Of a stretch of DNA of 64,000 bases, positions 62,021 to 64,000 are shown one piece after another. The position numbers were made by a program, and so were the translations under genes. The DNA comes from Lingula anatina (Eukaryota > Animalia > Brachiopoda): NCBI GenBank assembly GCA_051362555.1, contig JBPQGU010000016.1:2604001-2668000 (forward strand), written 5' to 3'. The notes beneath the pieces are model-generated. The model was not told the origin of the DNA. It searched no databases and saw only the letters and a program-made list of their open reading frames with translations. Position 1 is the first letter of the stretch, and every line of letters starts with the position of its first letter.

Positions 62021-64000
62021 TTAAAATTCAGTTTCAATATTTAAATTTTTATCAAAAAATATTGTTAAGTTTCCATTTTCATTAGTGTTATAAACTTTAC
62101 AACCATTTTTTATTAATCTATTTTTAATTTTTGATTTTTTATTTGATGAAATAAAACAAACTTTTGGTCTTATTTTTTTTATGAAATTTATACTACTTGA
62201 TGTTTTTGAGCCATGATGTGCAACTTGTAAGAAATCTATTTTATGATTTAATTTATTAATTAATAATTTTTCTACTTTTTCTTCTATATCAAATGGTAAC
62301 AAAATATTTTTATTATTGATTGAAAAATTAAGTATTAAACTTTTATTATTTTATTTTTTAAAAAATGGAAATGATAAATTTTTTATATTTATATTTTTTA
62401 TTACATATTTTTTTTGAAAAAAATTATTATTATAAATTTTTTCAATTTTTATTTTCTTTTTTAAAAAAATTAAATTATTATAGTGATCTATATGTTTGTG
62501 TGAAATAAAAACTGCATCTAATTTTTTTATTCCTAATTTTAATAAATTTTTTAAAATTAAATCATTTTCATTATTTTTTTTAAATTTATTTATTCCTGCA
62601 TCAAATAATATATTTATGTTTTTATATCTATTTGTAAATAACATAGATAAACCATGATTTGTATTAAACATTATTAATTTATAAATATTTTTATATTTAA
62701 AAGTATTTATTATAAAAAATGAAAATGTAATTAAAATGATAAAAATTAATAATGTTTTTAATTTATTTTTTTCTTTTAAATAAAATAAAAAAATTAAACT
62801 AGAATAATATATTAAAATTAAATATCATTTAATTTCTCCAGTTATTATTTCTATATTAAAAGAATCAAAAAAAATAATAATTTTTTCAAATAAATTTATT
62901 ATATAAAATATAAAATTATAAATTGGTAAAATTCATATTAATATAAAAAAAACAGGATAAAACAAAATTATTAAAATTGAAAAAAATGTTGTATTTAAAA
63001 CACTAAAAATAGAAAATTTATAATTAATATTTAATGTTATTGGTAATAATAATATAAAAATTAAAAAATTTATTTTTAAAATATTTATTAATCAATCTTT
63101 TAAATTTTTGTTTTTTGTATTTCCATATAATAAAGAACATCAAAAACTTGCTAAAAAACTTAACTGAAAATCTATTCTTATTATAAATCATGGATTGTAA
63201 ATTAAGTATAATATTCCTAAAAATGATATAAATTCATAAGTTTTTATATTTTTTTTAAAAAATAAAACCCAAAATAAAATAATTAATGATTTTGTTGTAC
63301 TTAATTTTCAATTTGTTAAATATGTTAAGAAAAAACAAAAAGAAAAACCTATAATTTTAAAAAATAATTTTATAATTTTGTTTTTTGTTTTTTTACTAAA
63401 AAATATTCATATTCAAGAAAATGCAAATAAATGAAAGCCACTAATTATAAAAAGATGATTAATATTTAAATTTTTGGTTTTTTCTTCAAATATATTTAAT
63501 TTGTCTGATTTTTCTTGAAAAATAAGAAATTTTATTCATTTTATAAATTTTTTATTTTTTATTTTTTTAAAATATTTAATTATTTTACTTCTTAAGTTTT
63601 TTGTTTTTTTTATAATTAATTTACAGTTTTTTGTATAAATAAAAGCTTTAAATTTTATATTTTTACTTTTAAAATATTTATTTGAATAAGTTAATTTATT
63701 GATTTTTAAACAATTATTAATTTCATCATTTATTTCAAGTTCTAAACTTTTGTATTTATTATTTAAAAAATATTTTTTATTTAAAATAATTTTATTATTT
63801 TTAAAATCATTAATTATATAAGAGTTTTTATATTTTTCAGAAATATAAAATTTATTATTTTTTGGAATTTCATTATTTCCATTTTTTATTATTGAAGTTA
63901 TTAAAATTTTAAATATTATTAAAAAAATAATTAAAATAATTAAAATAATTTTATTTTTATTTAAATTTTTTATTATTTTTTCTTTAAATAAAATCAAAAT
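62021..64000 (-). pseudogene. comEC: ComEC/Rec2 competence protein with one in-frame TAA (5' end probably beyond window)
   Basis: HLFIISGFH, FQLSFLAS, ISHKHIDH, VAHHGSKTSS all in one frame; TAA at 62351-62353. Confidence 0.85.

Noticed and set aside
1-64000. Apparent mass pseudogenisation (split tuf, topA, lon, dnaG, ychF etc.)
   Set aside because: The breaks are in-frame TGA codons at Trp positions (genetic code 4); only comEC showed a true internal TAA

Overview
Extremely AT-rich Mollicutes-type chromosome segment using genetic code 4 (TGA=Trp). The supplied ORF track is fragmented at every TGA, so I re-joined the genes by hand. Positions 1-~12.4 kb are the right part of a prophage-like element. 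It has a leftward virion module (scaffold-like, major-capsid-like, a 1052-aa collagen/YadA-stalk fibre, and a 2-TM protein with a scaffold-like tail), a structured divergent control region, and a rightward array of small CxxC zinc-finger and ribbon-helix-helix genes ending in a membrane-anchored collagen. The element ends near a perfect 54-bp palindrome. Next come two paralogous surface proteins built from shuffled S/T/Q/D/E modules and a repeated Trp-rich domain, behind a promoter with an A17 spacer. The rest is mostly core genome (era, tuf, rpmB, topA, rpsB, tsf, pyrH, frr, rpsP, khpA, rimM, trmD, cdd, tRNA-Glu, tRNA-Asn, dnaG, phoU, recO, ychF, lon, yhaM, obgE, rpsO, trmK, holA). Oddities there include a catalytically dead GAPDH paralogue, an ABC-ATPase/HEPN-like gene beside the tRNAs, a phage-type RuvC, and a comEC with one in-frame TAA. 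All calls come from manual translation and motif recall; no database searches were run.
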